DNA from: Paramecium tetraurelia
Taxonomy: Eukaryota
Direction of reading: 5' to 3'
Assembly (NCBI GenBank): GCA_000165425.1
Contig: CT867994.1
Span: 62,001-126,000 of the forward strand
Length of the DNA stretch: 64,000 nucleotides
Under the pieces are notes generated by a model. That model was not told the DNA's origin and did no database searches. It saw only the letters and a program-made list of their open reading frames with translations. How positions within the stretch are numbered: the stretch's first letter is position 1; the number at the start of each line of letters is the position of its first letter. The position numbers were made by a program, and so were the translations under genes. Shown here piece after piece: positions 1 through 13,833 of this stretch.

Positions 1-1
1 A

Positions 2-2644
2 TGCCTTTCAACAGGATGTGGTCTTTCCTCTAGCAATTAGTGTATAAATTGCGGAGGATTAAGCACTTCAACCTGTTCTAACTATTTTGGATGCTATTTA
101 TCAGGTGGATTTTGTTATGCAAGTTTATTTAGGACTTAAACTGATTGTGTTTCACCATATGAATGGGTTGATTCAAAATGTTAAATTTAAGCTTGTTCTT
201 CATCAAAAAAATCAAATTGCATATGTGGAACATCTAGCTTAGTGGTTTGTGGCTCATCAGAAGGATGTAAGGATATTGCAGCCTCTACTGGAGTGTGTAA
301 ATAAAATTGTGCTTAAAATTTAAATTCAAATTCATGCTTGTGTGGAACAGACTAAGTAGAATGCCTAAGCTCTACATACTGTGTGGATATTGCTGCTACA
401 TCTGGATAATGTAAATAGGCTTGTTCAGTATCAACGGTTTCAGATTGTATATGTGGAACTTCAAGTAAATCTTATTGTGATTCAACTAAATAATGCTAGA
501 GTGATGCTTGTGTAACTTTAACAGTAAATTGTGCATCTGCTTTTGATGCCAGCTGTTCTTGCGGAAGTTCAACCAAATAAACTTGTACTTCAACTACTTT
601 TTGCGTTGATCCAACTGCATCATCTGGATCGTGTAAATAAGCTTGTTCAGTATCAACGGTTTCAGATTGTATATGTGGAACTTCAAGTAAATCCTATTGT
701 GACTCTACTAAATAATGTTAGAGTGGTGCTTGTGTAACTTTAACAGTAAATTGTGCATCTGCTTTTGATGCAAGCTGTTCTTGTGGAAGTTCAACAAAGT
801 AAAGTTGTACTTCAACAACCTTTTGTGTTGATCCGACTGCATCCTCTGGATAATGTAAATAGGCATGTTCAGGATCAACAGTGTCTGATTGTATATGTGG
901 AACCTCAAGTAAATCCTATTGTGATTCAACTAAATAATGCTAGAGTAATTCATGTGTATCTGTTGCGAATTGTTCTTCAATTAACTAAAATAACTGTTCA
1001 TGTGGGAGTTCATCAAAACAAAATTGTGGTTCAACTACTTATTGCAAAGATCCAACTGCAGCCAGTGGAGTTTGTGTTAATAAATGTTAAGGATCAACTG
1101 TAAATAATTGTATTTGTGGATCTTCAACAGTATCTTATTGCAGTTCAACATAAAGATGTGAAGATAATATGGCTAGTTCAGGTAATTGTTTGGATATATG
1201 TACTACTAATTTTTAAAGTAATTGTTCATGTGGTTAAAGTCAATTTAGTAATTGTAATAATTCTAAATATTGTGTGAATGCTTCTGCTTCTAATGGGTAA
1301 TGTTATGATAATTGTACAGATAGTGTTAGATCATCTTGCATTTGTGGAATTGCAACAAAATAAGTTTGTTCTAACTAACAAAAATGCCAAGATCCAACTT
1401 CTAATGATGGCAATTGTATTACTATACCAAATTGCATTAATAATTTTGATAACTCTTGTTTATGTGGTATAACTTAGGTTTCTTAGTGTTCTTAATCTAC
1501 TTATTGCATTAATGTATCTGATTCAACAGGAGTTTGCATATAAAATTGTAATCAAAATTTAAAGTCTAATTGTATTTGTGGTTCAGTTAATAAACTTATC
1601 TGTTCTAAAACTTAAGTATGTTAGAATCCTAATGATATGAATGGATATTGTATAGAAAAATGTGTTACGAATTTATAAACAAATTGCTAATGTGGTAACT
1701 CTGTTACTCCTTTTTGTGGTTCAAATGAACATTGCCATGATGTTTAATAACCTACAGGTAACTGTGTTAAATAATGTAATTTATTTGAAAACAATTGTGT
1801 TTGTGGAAAATCATATTATTCACAATGTTCATCTACCACATATTGTTCATCAAAATCAGAAGGAGTTTGTTTAGATTACTGTTCTTACTAATCTTCCAAT
1901 TGTATTTGTGGAAACAAAGTCAAATAGGTATGTTCAAATGAAGAAAAATGCGTTGATCCAAATTCAGATAATGGAATTTGTAATTAAGGAACTTGTACAT
2001 TATAATTTTAATCAAATTGTACTTGTGGTGTAAGTAATCAAGCCTATTGCAATAAGAATTAACATTGTTTAGATTAGACAGCACTCATTGGAGTATGTTA
2101 TGAAAAATGTAAGTAAAATTAAAATAACTGTTTGTGTGGAATAGATTCTATAGATATATGCCATGCTTCAACATATTGTATATTGCAATCTAAAGGTGTT
2201 TGTATGTCAGAATGCTCTTCAACTAATTATCAAAATTGTTTGATATTATCTGAAAACCAAGCTTGCCTTGATTAACTTGATTCTATCTATAATGATCTTA
2301 CTGCAAAATGCGTACCAACTTGCAAAGAAAATGGTTAAAATAATTGTTTTTGCGGTAGTAGGGAGAATGGTTTAGATGTAAAATTAATTTGTTAATCTGG
2401 CTTTGAATGCTAAAATCTTGGAACAAAATAAAGTGGTTGCTATGAGAAATGTACAACTAGCAAAATATCAAATTGTTATTGCGGATAAGAAAAGTCTCAA
2501 TATTGTAATCAAAATTAGACCTGTTTAGATGTGACTTAATAGGTAGGAACATGTAAATCAACTTTAACTATTTCAAATGCTGATTTTTCTACCAATCTAC
2601 AAATAGGGCTTTTTGCAATATTCTGCCTATTAACTATTATTTGA
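2..2644 (+). CDS. Cys-rich repeat surface protein, probably GPI-anchored (5' end lies outside the window)
   Basis: Frame 2 is open in code 6 from position 2 to TGA 2642-2644. About 20 modules of ~37-40 aa with CxCG...C...C...GxC; Ser/Thr/Cys-rich. The C-terminus ...ISNADFSTNLQIGLFAIFCLLTII* is a hydrophobic GPI-type signal. Confidence 0.85.
419..945 (+). repeat. Intragenic tandem repeat, 222-bp (74-aa) period, ~2.4 copies
   Basis: gc(t/a)tgttcag...gattgtatatgtggaac.tcaagtaaatc begins at 419, 641 and 863. Copies 1 and 2 are nearly identical. Confidence 0.9.
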
Positions 2645-4055
2645 AATTATATGACCATTATTGATGATATATAAATTATTAAAATATCTTTTTCAAATAG
2701 AATTCTTCGTTTATTAAATTTAGTTCACAAATCTCAATCTCTAACTAATAAATTTCTAAATCTTTTTTGTAAATATTAGTCCCTTTATTAATCTAACCTT
2801 ATTTGTAAAAAAAAAATTTATATTGTGTATATTTAAAAATATTTACCCTTTTTTTAATTGCTTTATAAAGATTATTGTTTATTTAAAGAATGATTTTGGT
2901 TGATCCTTATTCGATATCAAGGATTTTAGTTGGCTGAATAAAATAAGTTTTGGATAAATTGCACAATTTTTATTTCTTTATTGTTGAAATGACCAGAACT
3001 TTGTATAAATTTTAAAACAAATTCAATCTATAAAATTACTTTAATCCTCCAATTATAAAAGTGACTTTCAAATTAAAATAGAAGTAAAAATCTTCTGAAA
3101 AAAATAAGAAATTGTATGAAATAAAATTTAAATGGATAAGGCAAGTCAATGTAATGATGTGTTGTTTACTGATAGAAAAAGTACTTATTAGTTTATTCAG
3201 ATTAAGTAGAATAATAAATAATACTTTGCCTTAGTATTTCAAAATATGGCAATATATAAGTATATTTTTATATATATGATATAACGAGTTCGATTAATGG
3301 ATAATTTTTAATTAAGCAAACCTTACACAAGAGTACTGATGCATGAATTAAATATAAGAATAATATAATCATTGTTAAACTTAGTATATTAAGATAATTT
3401 ATAGTTTTTATTTTTTTAGATGTAATTATAATTAAGTTTTAAAGTTTAATATTGAATAATTAAAAATATATTATTCGTATATTTAAAGAGTATGATGTGG
3501 TACTAATCAAAATTCCTCTTGTAAAATTATTGTAATGGTTGTCCTAAATAAATCAATAAAAAGTACTAATGACACTATTTTCGATGGCTTGTTTTAGTTT
3601 GAGTTTTTATTTTTAATATTTTGTTCAAGTTATATATAATCCTATTTTTAAATTGAATAATTATTTAATTGAATCTCATTTATACAGAATTTTATTTTTA
3701 GAACAAAAAAAGTTGAAAATAAATATTTTCAAACAGGACTCTTTGTTGATTTTTTTATGTAAAAAATGATTTCTTCCAAAAGTAATATAAATTGATTGAA
3801 AATCTCTAACTATGTTGATTTCTAATTTATTATTTTATATATATTAGTGAGAGACAAGACAAAAATACATTAAGCTACGTCAGAATATTTAACAGTATAA
3901 ATTAACTTCTTTAAACAAGACTTCAATATTAATATGATCAGAAGTTATCAATTAATGAGTTAGGTTCATTCCCAGTACAGTATTTAAATATACTTATATG
4001 ATAATATTAAAGATTTGGGCATTTATTTTAATTATTTTTTTATTGTTCAGAGTCT

Positions 4056-6711
4056 ATGATCTAAATTTCCTCCCCAAGGAATGAATAAATTTCATTGTAC
4101 GTATTTATCATAATGAAGAAAAACAATCTCAGAAAAATCTAAAAAAAGCAAATTAAACTATCCATTTTAACCAAATGACAACAGCTCTGGCTTTGAAATA
4201 AACTCTTTGTCTTTTGATTAAAGCGAACTGGAATCACAAAAACCATCAAGGAATACTTTAAAGCAATTAAAAATATAATAGTCATAAATCAATTGTCATT
4301 CCATTAATACTACCAGAAAAAATTGTTATAATTCAGATATTGTGTAATAGGTGAAGGAGAGCGTTGTTTAAGAGGTATCTAAATAATTGGACAGCACATT
4401 TTTTTAGGAAAATGGCAATGTCACTTCTGAGATCTTGTAATAACTCTTGAATAAAAAGTTATCCGATGTGTAATTTGCAAAATAAAGAAATATTAGGAAA
4501 AAGATTTAATTAGATGAAAATTCGTTGTATAAATTAACTCAAGTATTAATCCTGCTTCTAATCGGAATCATGAGTCCAACTTGGTTGGTACTTGAGAACA
4601 CACCGTTTACAACATATGGATGCTTATTTTAAATAACTCTCCTTATATCTTTTATATTATTACATCTATTTCTAAAGAGTAAATCTATAGTATCTACCAA
4701 AGTCAAAACAAAAGATGTCTTGATGTACTTAGTTTAAAATCTCTGTTATGAGCTATTTATATTACTGTTATCAATCATCTTATTTTTAAGCGATTTATTA
4801 CAAATAAGTCAACTGGATGTACTAAATATAATTTAAACAATTGCTTGTATTATTTGTTTGGCTAAAAATATTTCATTATCAAATCAATCTAGGCAAGCAG
4901 GATTAAAGATATTATTAGGAAATTTGATTTTTTTCCATCTTTTAGAATGTTATAAACTTAGAATAACTAATCTCTAATCTCTTAACTTATAGACCTTCTG
5001 TAGGAAGTATATTTTGACTATAGTATAATTGAATTCATTTCAGGAAAGTGAAGATAACGTTAGTCTGGCTTTATTGGAAATAGCTTAGATAATCTTTAAA
5101 TACCTTTTGATCTCATAAGTCTTCATTTACCTCTTAAATTTATGGAACACTTATTTTAGTCTGGAATTTCTATTGGCTAACAAATATAAACAATATGAGA
5201 GATTGATGAGAGATTTAGATGTTGATTAATAAACATCCAAAACGATTTTGAAATAAACTAAGAGTTACGAATTAGAAGAAATCAAGTATTTATAGCTGTT
5301 TGATCACCTAATATCAAATCAACACTTCATTTTGTAATTGAAGCGACTGTTATTTTAATAATCATAATTATTTGAATAGTTTTCTGATAAAACTTAGGAG
5401 TAACTTATATAGATGATGGAATTGCATTTAATAAACCCACAACAGATTATTTCGAGTGATTCTCTGAATGAAGAAGAGTCAATTAATTTTTTAGTACATG
5501 GAACATTAGATGTAGGAATAAAAAATAAATAAAATTATAATTTCGAAAAAATCTAGGAATTAGAATAAGGTTTGCATTTTGGATAATTAACATTTTTTAC
5601 AGGTTAAAGGGATTGCCTTTCTTATAGAAGTAATCATTATACACTGTTATTCAAATTAAAAAGATAGAATATGTTAACTCATTTAGAAACTAATCTAGCT
5701 GATAAGGAGATACTCTCTATAATAATAAATTCAGTCATTAATAAATAAAATTATTCTTTATTGAAATTGTATTGCCAATGTTGTAATTCGAGTGATCATA
5801 CTCTTACAAGTTGTCCTTAGTTACACATATCTATTGATAAAAAGGATCTAATTTCTCAATTTCTATCACCAAAAAATCAAGACAGAATAAAATGTATTAT
5901 TTTCATATATTTAGATACAAGATAATAAATTAAGAAAAGGAATAATATGATAAAATTTAGGTGGCCTAAAAGCAATTTTTCATCTGATATTTCGAAGAAT
6001 TTATAAAGAAAGGAGAAGAATCCATAAATAGTGGAATGGAAGAGTTCAGCATTTAATATTGAAATTAATAGTATTTATATTTATTAAATCTCAATAGGTG
6101 ATATTCCTAAGGAATTTACAAGCGAGAAAATACTAGAACAGTAGATGGTATCGCATTAGTTAAATTCTATTAATAGTGAACGTTTAATATAAGAGTTTTA
6201 GAATGATACACATAAGAAAAGCAAAGGACTTACTAATTTAGATTAGAATTTCGAGCACAACTAAGTTAATGTAGGCTCATTGAATTTCGATGGTTAAGAC
6301 AATTATATATGTCCCTATTAATTTGTAATTTCAGAAAGCAAACCTTAATTGGAGGATTTTGATTCAAGCAATATGATTAACAATCTCAATAGCTACAAAT
6401 CTAAGCAGATGTCAGCCACGAATTAGAACTCACTGCAGCATCATTAATTTATATCATTAACTGGATAAGTATAATTCACATGTCATCTTTACTAGGTGAC
6501 TTCGGTATTAAACAACGAATTTTATAATCAATTTACGAATCTAAATATAGATAAATGGTGGAACTATGAGTATTTCGATGTAGAATACAATTTGTAGAGC
6601 ATAGTACAAAAGATAACTTAGGGGAAGGGAGATTAAAATGTAGTAAAGTAAACTTAAAACTACAATTTGATTATAAGAATAGATGAAAATATGATGATAT
6701 AGGAAGATTGA
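4056..6711 (+). CDS. Cation-channel-like protein with cyclic-nucleotide-binding-like domain and CCHC knuckle (start uncertain)
   Basis: Long code-6 frame after a 22-nt intron near 4097. Hydrophobic TM segments at 4540-5160, a CNBD-like segment (FLVHGTLDVG...GLHFGQLTFFTG), CQCCNSSDHTLTSC at 5773-5814, TGA at 6709-6711. Confidence 0.7.
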
Positions 6712-6814
6712 TTGATTTTCTTTTATGTCTAATCAATGGATATATATATGAATTGAGAATTATATGAAATATTAGAGAATGTTAACATCACAATTTTGTA
6801 CATACAGAAATAAA

Positions 6815-7751
6815 TCAATCTTTAAATTTGGAATTGAATTTTCTACGTGTCTATCCAGCTTTAGTTATTTTCTAAGATGAATAAGATACTATTATTACTT
6901 TCAAATCCATTTTAATTGATGCAATTTGTTATGACAATTGAACAACCAATGAGACTAGGTTTTGATAATCAGGACTTGTGGATAGATTAGTCATGACCTT
7001 AACACAGATTTTGCTTATATAAATATATGGATTCAGATTACCATGCTGGATCTCTGTCAACATCAGAGATATAAATGATATGAATAGACTTTTCATTAGC
7101 ATTAAGTAGTTTTATAATTTCAGGAGTACAAATTGATTGTGCAATTTCATCGTATTCTGTGAGGATTTAAAGAGAATTATCTAATTCTGGTATTGTCAGA
7201 GTCTCTAGATATATTTGATCAATATACATGACAGATATTCTTGAGATCCTCATATCCTTCCTGCTTGATTCTCTTGATCTGGTTTTATTTCACAATTCCA
7301 AAACAAATATACTATCTGAATTATGGTTGCACACCTATTTCTATAACCAATCTCTCTTTGGAGGGAAATACAAATTAATAGCCATAATAATTGAACAAGT
7401 TTTCTCTTCTGTGAAGCTGAGGGTTAATCATACTTATACATATAATCCAACTAAGCAAAACTTCAATGTCGGATGATTGGAAGCGTATAGTTTGTAAGTA
7501 TGAGGATTATCCTATTCATAGAGGATGTTCTATTCCTTATCACCAACATTTTTAAAATATTTCGATAGCTCAAGGCTGATTTGATTCATATGAATTTTAG
7601 CTAATCTTTTGTTTAACTTTGATCCTCTAATGTATTAGAAAGCAAAGATGGTGATAGTGACCATGAAGATCGTTTCATAGAAATAGAATTTATACCAAAA
7701 CAATGGATTAAGGTACATAACCAGTTTAAACATGAGTTATTCTGGTGTCAT
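6815..7751 (-). CDS. CCDC47/DUF1682-like ER membrane protein (PAT complex subunit-like)
   Basis: MTPEQLMF... with an N-terminal TM (ETIFMVTITIFAFQYIRGSKLNKRLA), then YKLYASNH and LHRRENLF motifs resembling CCDC47. Basic C-terminus (KAGQTRRKFNSKFKD*). Small introns. Confidence 0.6.
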
Positions 7752-7776
7752 ATTTGATATTTATTTATATAATAAA

Positions 7777-9111
7777 TCACTAGCACAAATAAAATTTATT
7801 ATTATTATAGTATGTCTTTTATCCTGAAGCTGAGCGAAATATTTTATCTTGAATTGAAAGGACATTTTCATCGTTTTAAACCTTCTGATTAATTTGAGTA
7901 TCAAAATCATACAACAAAATCTATTTGGCTCCTTGTTGCAATTCAGCCCATCTCAAAGAATCATACAAATTGAACATGGCCTCCTTGGCATCATAATTCT
8001 CTGATAAACTCTTATACTTGATTTCTACAATGATCACAAACAAGACATACCATCCAAATCAGCAATTCTATTTTTCAACTCTGAGCCAAAATCAATGATC
8101 ACTGATTCTTTTAAATCCAAATCAATCTATTGTCCTATAGTATTCGATTAGAAAGTAACAATAAATGAATTGATTCTGGCAGAATAATGCTTCAAAAATT
8201 AACCAGGTGCTTCCATTGAATTCTTACGTTCCAAAACATTCAATTCTTCCAACTCCTTCTCAATATCCTCCTCTGTTTCTTCTATCTGCATGTATTTGTT
8301 TTCATATTTAATTGCAAAGTGCTTCAATTTATCACTCTAACCAATCTTCTTCATTATGGTTTCCTTTGCCAAACTGCCTAATCTCAATATATGCAACTCA
8401 TTTCCCAAGGGCTTAATCACTGTACTCTCAATGCCATTGTCACTTCGACCAGCGTCAATGATGTGGACTCTTTGATCATAGAAATCGTTGAAGACATGAG
8501 CAGCACTTGTAGGTGATATGTGAGTAAAGAGATTTGCAGAAGGGGCAGCAACAGGAAGATTTGCCTTCTCTAGCAATTCCAGGGCCACTTTATGATTTGG
8601 AATCCTACGAGAATATTATCAATTCTAAACCTTATTCCTATTGATCCAGTGCCTGCTGATAAAATTTCAGTTGTCTCTAATTGAGTTGATCTGAATAACA
8701 TTAATCTTTTACTTCAAAACTATTGTGAAGGGTCCTGGCCAGAATAGTTCCGCAAAGGAATCCAAGAAATCTGGCTTATCTGTATAGATGTTGTTCTTAT
8801 CGTGCACATGTACAATGAGTGGATCACTCAATGGTCTTTTTTTGGCTTTGAAGATGTTCAATATAGCCTAGGCATTTTTAGCATTCGCCCCTAATCCATA
8901 CACGGTTTCGGTTGGAAATGCTACCAATTCGCCTTAATGGAGAAGTTAGGCTGAGATTATACAATTTGCTTATACCTGCTATATGTAATTCATCCAAGTG
9001 AATAATTCCGCAATGTAATTCTTTGTGGGGATCCAATTGGATCAAATCCTTGTATTTTGTAATGAATGAGTGCAATCTCTCTTTAGAATATAGTTGAGGG
9101 AAGTTTTCCAT
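7777..9111 (-). CDS. SUA5: Threonylcarbamoyl-AMP synthase Sua5 (YrdC + SUA5 domains)
   Basis: VAFPTETVYGLGANA, KKRPLSDPLIVHV, FWPGPFTIV, PVAAPSANLFTHISPTSAAHV, GIESTVI, APGQFLKHYSA; C-terminal SUA5 domain (AMFNLYDSLRWAE). Confidence 0.95.
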
Positions 9112-9318
9112 CGCTTAAATAATATAATTTAAAATAATTCTTACATATTTTTAATTTAAATTTCTATTCAAATTAGCATTGCATTATTATTAATCAAAGT
9201 TTCTGAGGATTTCCATATACAATTCAAGTCTGTTCTATTAAGATGATATCATCTCCAATCATTTTTCTACATATGAATCTTATACGTATATTCATTCAAT
9301 AAATTCTATATAATAAAT

Positions 9319-10743
9319 ATGCAAATTGACGAAACTAATGATACGGTAACACAGATGATTGATAACGATGTGCAATAATAGTAGAAGGAGGCAGAGAATA
9401 ACCAGCAAGACAATTAGCAAGAGGTTATTGAACAACAGAGTCTTGAATAATATTAGGAATCAAATGAAATTCTCCTGAAACAAATGGACGATGATGAACC
9501 TGTATCACAAATATATGATATAGATATTCATCCTAGTGAGCAACCCTTCGGAAGTTAAGTCTTCTTCGATGAATAAATTCCTCGTTTACACAGTGAAGGG
9601 CAAAGATGCCTTGGGAAATTTTGAAGTTCAGAGGAGATTCAATGAGTTCTACACATTGAGAGAATCATTATTGCAAATTTGGCCAGGTTTGTACATACCA
9701 CCCTTGCCAGATAAATTAGTAAATCCAACAGGGGATCAATTATTAGAGAGAGTCAGATTATTGAATATCTTTGTGATGAAGATGGCACAGATAAAGTATT
9801 TATATTATTCGGAGGAATTTGTGTAAGTATTTCTGAGATCATCATAAGCGGATGTTTGTAAAGTACAGCATATAATATATATCTAGTAAATTCAAAGTTT
9901 ACCTAAGCCTAACATCAGATCACAGATTGAGAAATTCAAGCATATTTTTGAGTTGGACTAAGTTCAAGAACCAGATGCCAATTCGATTAATAAGATTAAT
10001 CAGATGCAAAGGTTTTGTAAATAATCTCAACAATTGTTGATCAAATTATTTGATTAAGCCAAAGGATTGAGTGGAAGTAAAAGGTGTTTGAAGGAACTGT
10101 TCCATTCATTTTTCGGATATGGATTGCAGGAATTCGAATAACAAGTATTGCGACCTTGTTTAGAGAATGAGAAGCAACTCATTTTAACAAATCCTGATGC
10201 TTAGGAGTTGAAATCCACTTTGGATTATTTAGTAATTCAATGATGTATACTAATTTTAGAAAGACCAAAATCAGATATCTTTGGATAAAATTTAAGACTT
10301 GATATCAACAGAATAAAGGGATATGGAAGCATTTTTATAAGGCTTTTAATCGAGAGAATCATTGTTGCTCACAAAGTCAAAGGTCGAGAACAAGTTAAGA
10401 GATTAACAGGAACAATTAACAAAAGTGATGATTGCAAAAGGAGGCAGTTTTGGTAAAACCTAGGAGGAACAACGTTAGAAGATTGAATTACAGATAATTG
10501 AAGTATGCAATTATATTTATGTATAAGAGTTAAAACGATGTAGACTCGTACAAATATTATTATCAAATGGTAACCCATGTTTTGACAACCAAAGCCATTG
10601 ACAAGTTCAAGAAGGACAAACATGAATCATACAGGAGAATCGTTAGAGATTTAGCATAATTGGAAATAGAGAGCAATTAAGTTATGTAAGAGGTCTGGAC
10701 CAGAATTATAAGTCTGGCCGAGTCACTAAGAGTGAAGGAATGA
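9319..10743 (+). CDS. Sorting nexin (PX domain + helical/BAR-like C-terminus)
   Basis: PX motif FLVYTVKG...VQRRFNEFYTLRESLLQIWPGLYIPPLPDK; helical C-terminal half; three small introns; TGA at 10741-10743. Confidence 0.9.
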
Positions 10744-10794
10744 TGAGTAGTATTAAAATAATAATCAATCATCACCTAATCTCGAATATTATAG

Positions 10795-10802
10795 TAAAAA
10801 AA
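10795..10802 (-). terminator. RNA polymerase III terminator (T-run) downstream of the tRNA
   Basis: Run of 8 A on + (T8 on -) starting 2 nt past the discriminator base. Confidence 0.75.
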
Positions 10803-10803
10803 T

Positions 10804-10874
10804 CGTCCCACCGAGGAATTGAACCTCGAACTCGAGAGCCGGAATCTCACGTGTTACCTTTACACTAATAGGAC
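10804..10874 (-). tRNA. tRNA-Arg(CCG)
   Basis: Reverse complement folds as a cloverleaf: acceptor GTCCTAT/GTGGGAC, D-stem GTGT/ACAC, anticodon stem TGAGA/TCTCG with loop TT-CCG-GC, T-arm CGAGG-TTCAATT-CCTCG, discriminator G. Confidence 0.93.
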
Positions 10875-10935
10875 TTGCCTTGACAACAAAAGAATTATTG
10901 TTTATTAATAATAATAATAAATTATATAACACTAC

Positions 10936-11760
10936 TCAACTTAAAAACTTAGTTAAAATGTTGCTTCCATATTCAATGCATTGCAAATTTAGATCTTTAA
11001 TTTTCTGATAACTCTATTAAAACATCACTGGATGATCTAATTGATCTCTCAGACCTTCAATTACTTAATCTCTATTTTCATAGACAGTGGCATCAATATT
11101 CCTTATTACTTTGATTTCACTTTTTGGATTGAACTTAACATATTTTTATAGTTCTTTCTCAAATTCTAGTTTGCCTTAGGACAACAGAGAACAATGGAAG
11201 GCTGCTGATACTTCTAAGAATAAGGAATTGACCTTCTGTTTTTTCAATTCTGCTTGCATCAATTTCAAAGATTCCTTGTCTCCAGAATAGACCAATTAAT
11301 TTTAGGAATTGTATAAAGCAGGTTCGATAATCTGATTTTTCACCAAGACCTTCTATACGATTTGAGTGAAATCCTAGGTGCTTGCCACTGCCAACATACC
11401 CATTTATCTTCCTTTACTGCAATCTCTCATTATACAGCCTCTTTTGTATAGTAATTGGACAGTCTCCTATGGATCCAGATGACCTGCTATTGTCAAGGCT
11501 GCGTATTCTCCGACTGAATGTCCGATAGCGTATTATATTTCAGCATCAGGGATCTATTAATATCGAAGGTATGAACAGATGAAGATGGCTGGTTGTGTGA
11601 ATTCAGTTTAATTGAGAATTGCTTGAGGTCCTTCCTCAATGCATTTTTATAAGCCTGGCACATATTTAACTAGATTCAGATATTGATGAGAATCAAGAGA
11701 TGCATGCATACCCACTTTTTAGATGCCTTGGCCTGGAAAGAGATGCAAAATTCTTCTCAT
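10936..11760 (-). CDS. fabD: Malonyl-CoA:ACP transacylase (FabD/MCT1, mitochondrial FAS II type)
   Basis: LFPGQGIQKVGM, TEFTQPAIF, catalytic AIGHSVGEYAAL, VSAAFHCSL, LQGQFERSIRSSS. Intronless, 275 codons. Confidence 0.93.
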
Positions 11761-11777
11761 TAATTTTTAATAAACAA

Positions 11778-12092
11778 TCACAACAATTATTGTAATCCAC
11801 CAACTAGTCTAGTCAGATTCCTTTAACTAAATATATTTCTGTATTCCTCATTGTATTTTCGAGCAGTCTGAATTTTGGGGAGAGGAGCAGGTAGTTTATT
11901 GTAATCACTGATGGTTTTCCGTTGACGAACAAAACCCTCATGAGTAAGCGATGTGCTTTATTGCACCTTGTATTTTTGTGAAGGCTCTGAACTCAGCTCT
12001 TCCAATTTCACCTCATAATATGACACCCGAGGATCGATGGGTTGCGTTTTCAACCTAGGGGGTAATTTATATTTCAATTTATATCTATTCAT
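11778..12092 (-). CDS. Hypothetical 104-aa protein
   Basis: ATG 12092 to TGA 11778, 315 nt open in code 6 (MNRYKLKYKLPPQVENATHRSS...); higher GC than the flanks. Confidence 0.6.
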
Positions 12093-12205
12093 ATTTATAA
12101 TAATATATATTCTAATCTCTAAATTAAATATCTCTCTATATATTGATGTGAAGATATATTAAACCAAAAAATAGAACAATTAATCTTAAAATATATATAC
12201 GTAAG

Positions 12206-13681
<1,476 letters not shown>

Positions 13682-13833
13682 AAAAATATTATTAAAGTGA
13701 GAAGGCTAAAAATTTAGTTGAAATATTTGGTTTTTATTATAAAATTCCTCAGTATTATTATCCACCAATTATGATTGTTAATAATAGCAATAAACATTAG
13801 AGATTAAATAAATATAATTTTATATTATTAACA

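Noticed and set aside
419..945. 222-bp repeats as a CRISPR array or mobile element
   Set aside because: The period is a multiple of 3, lies within a CDS and has no unique spacers; the context is eukaryotic with no cas or transposase genes.
531..1874. ORF-track ORFs 531-737, 708-929, 753-1103, 1278-1472 and 1662-1874
   Set aside because: Wrong-frame or antisense shadows of the frame-2 Cys-rich gene.
2645..4050. Long AT-rich gap as a retained IES or remnant of a second Cys-rich gene (CGTNQNSSC near 3496)
   Set aside because: TA boundaries are ubiquitous and cannot be assessed without MIC/MAC comparison; the peptide similarity is too short.
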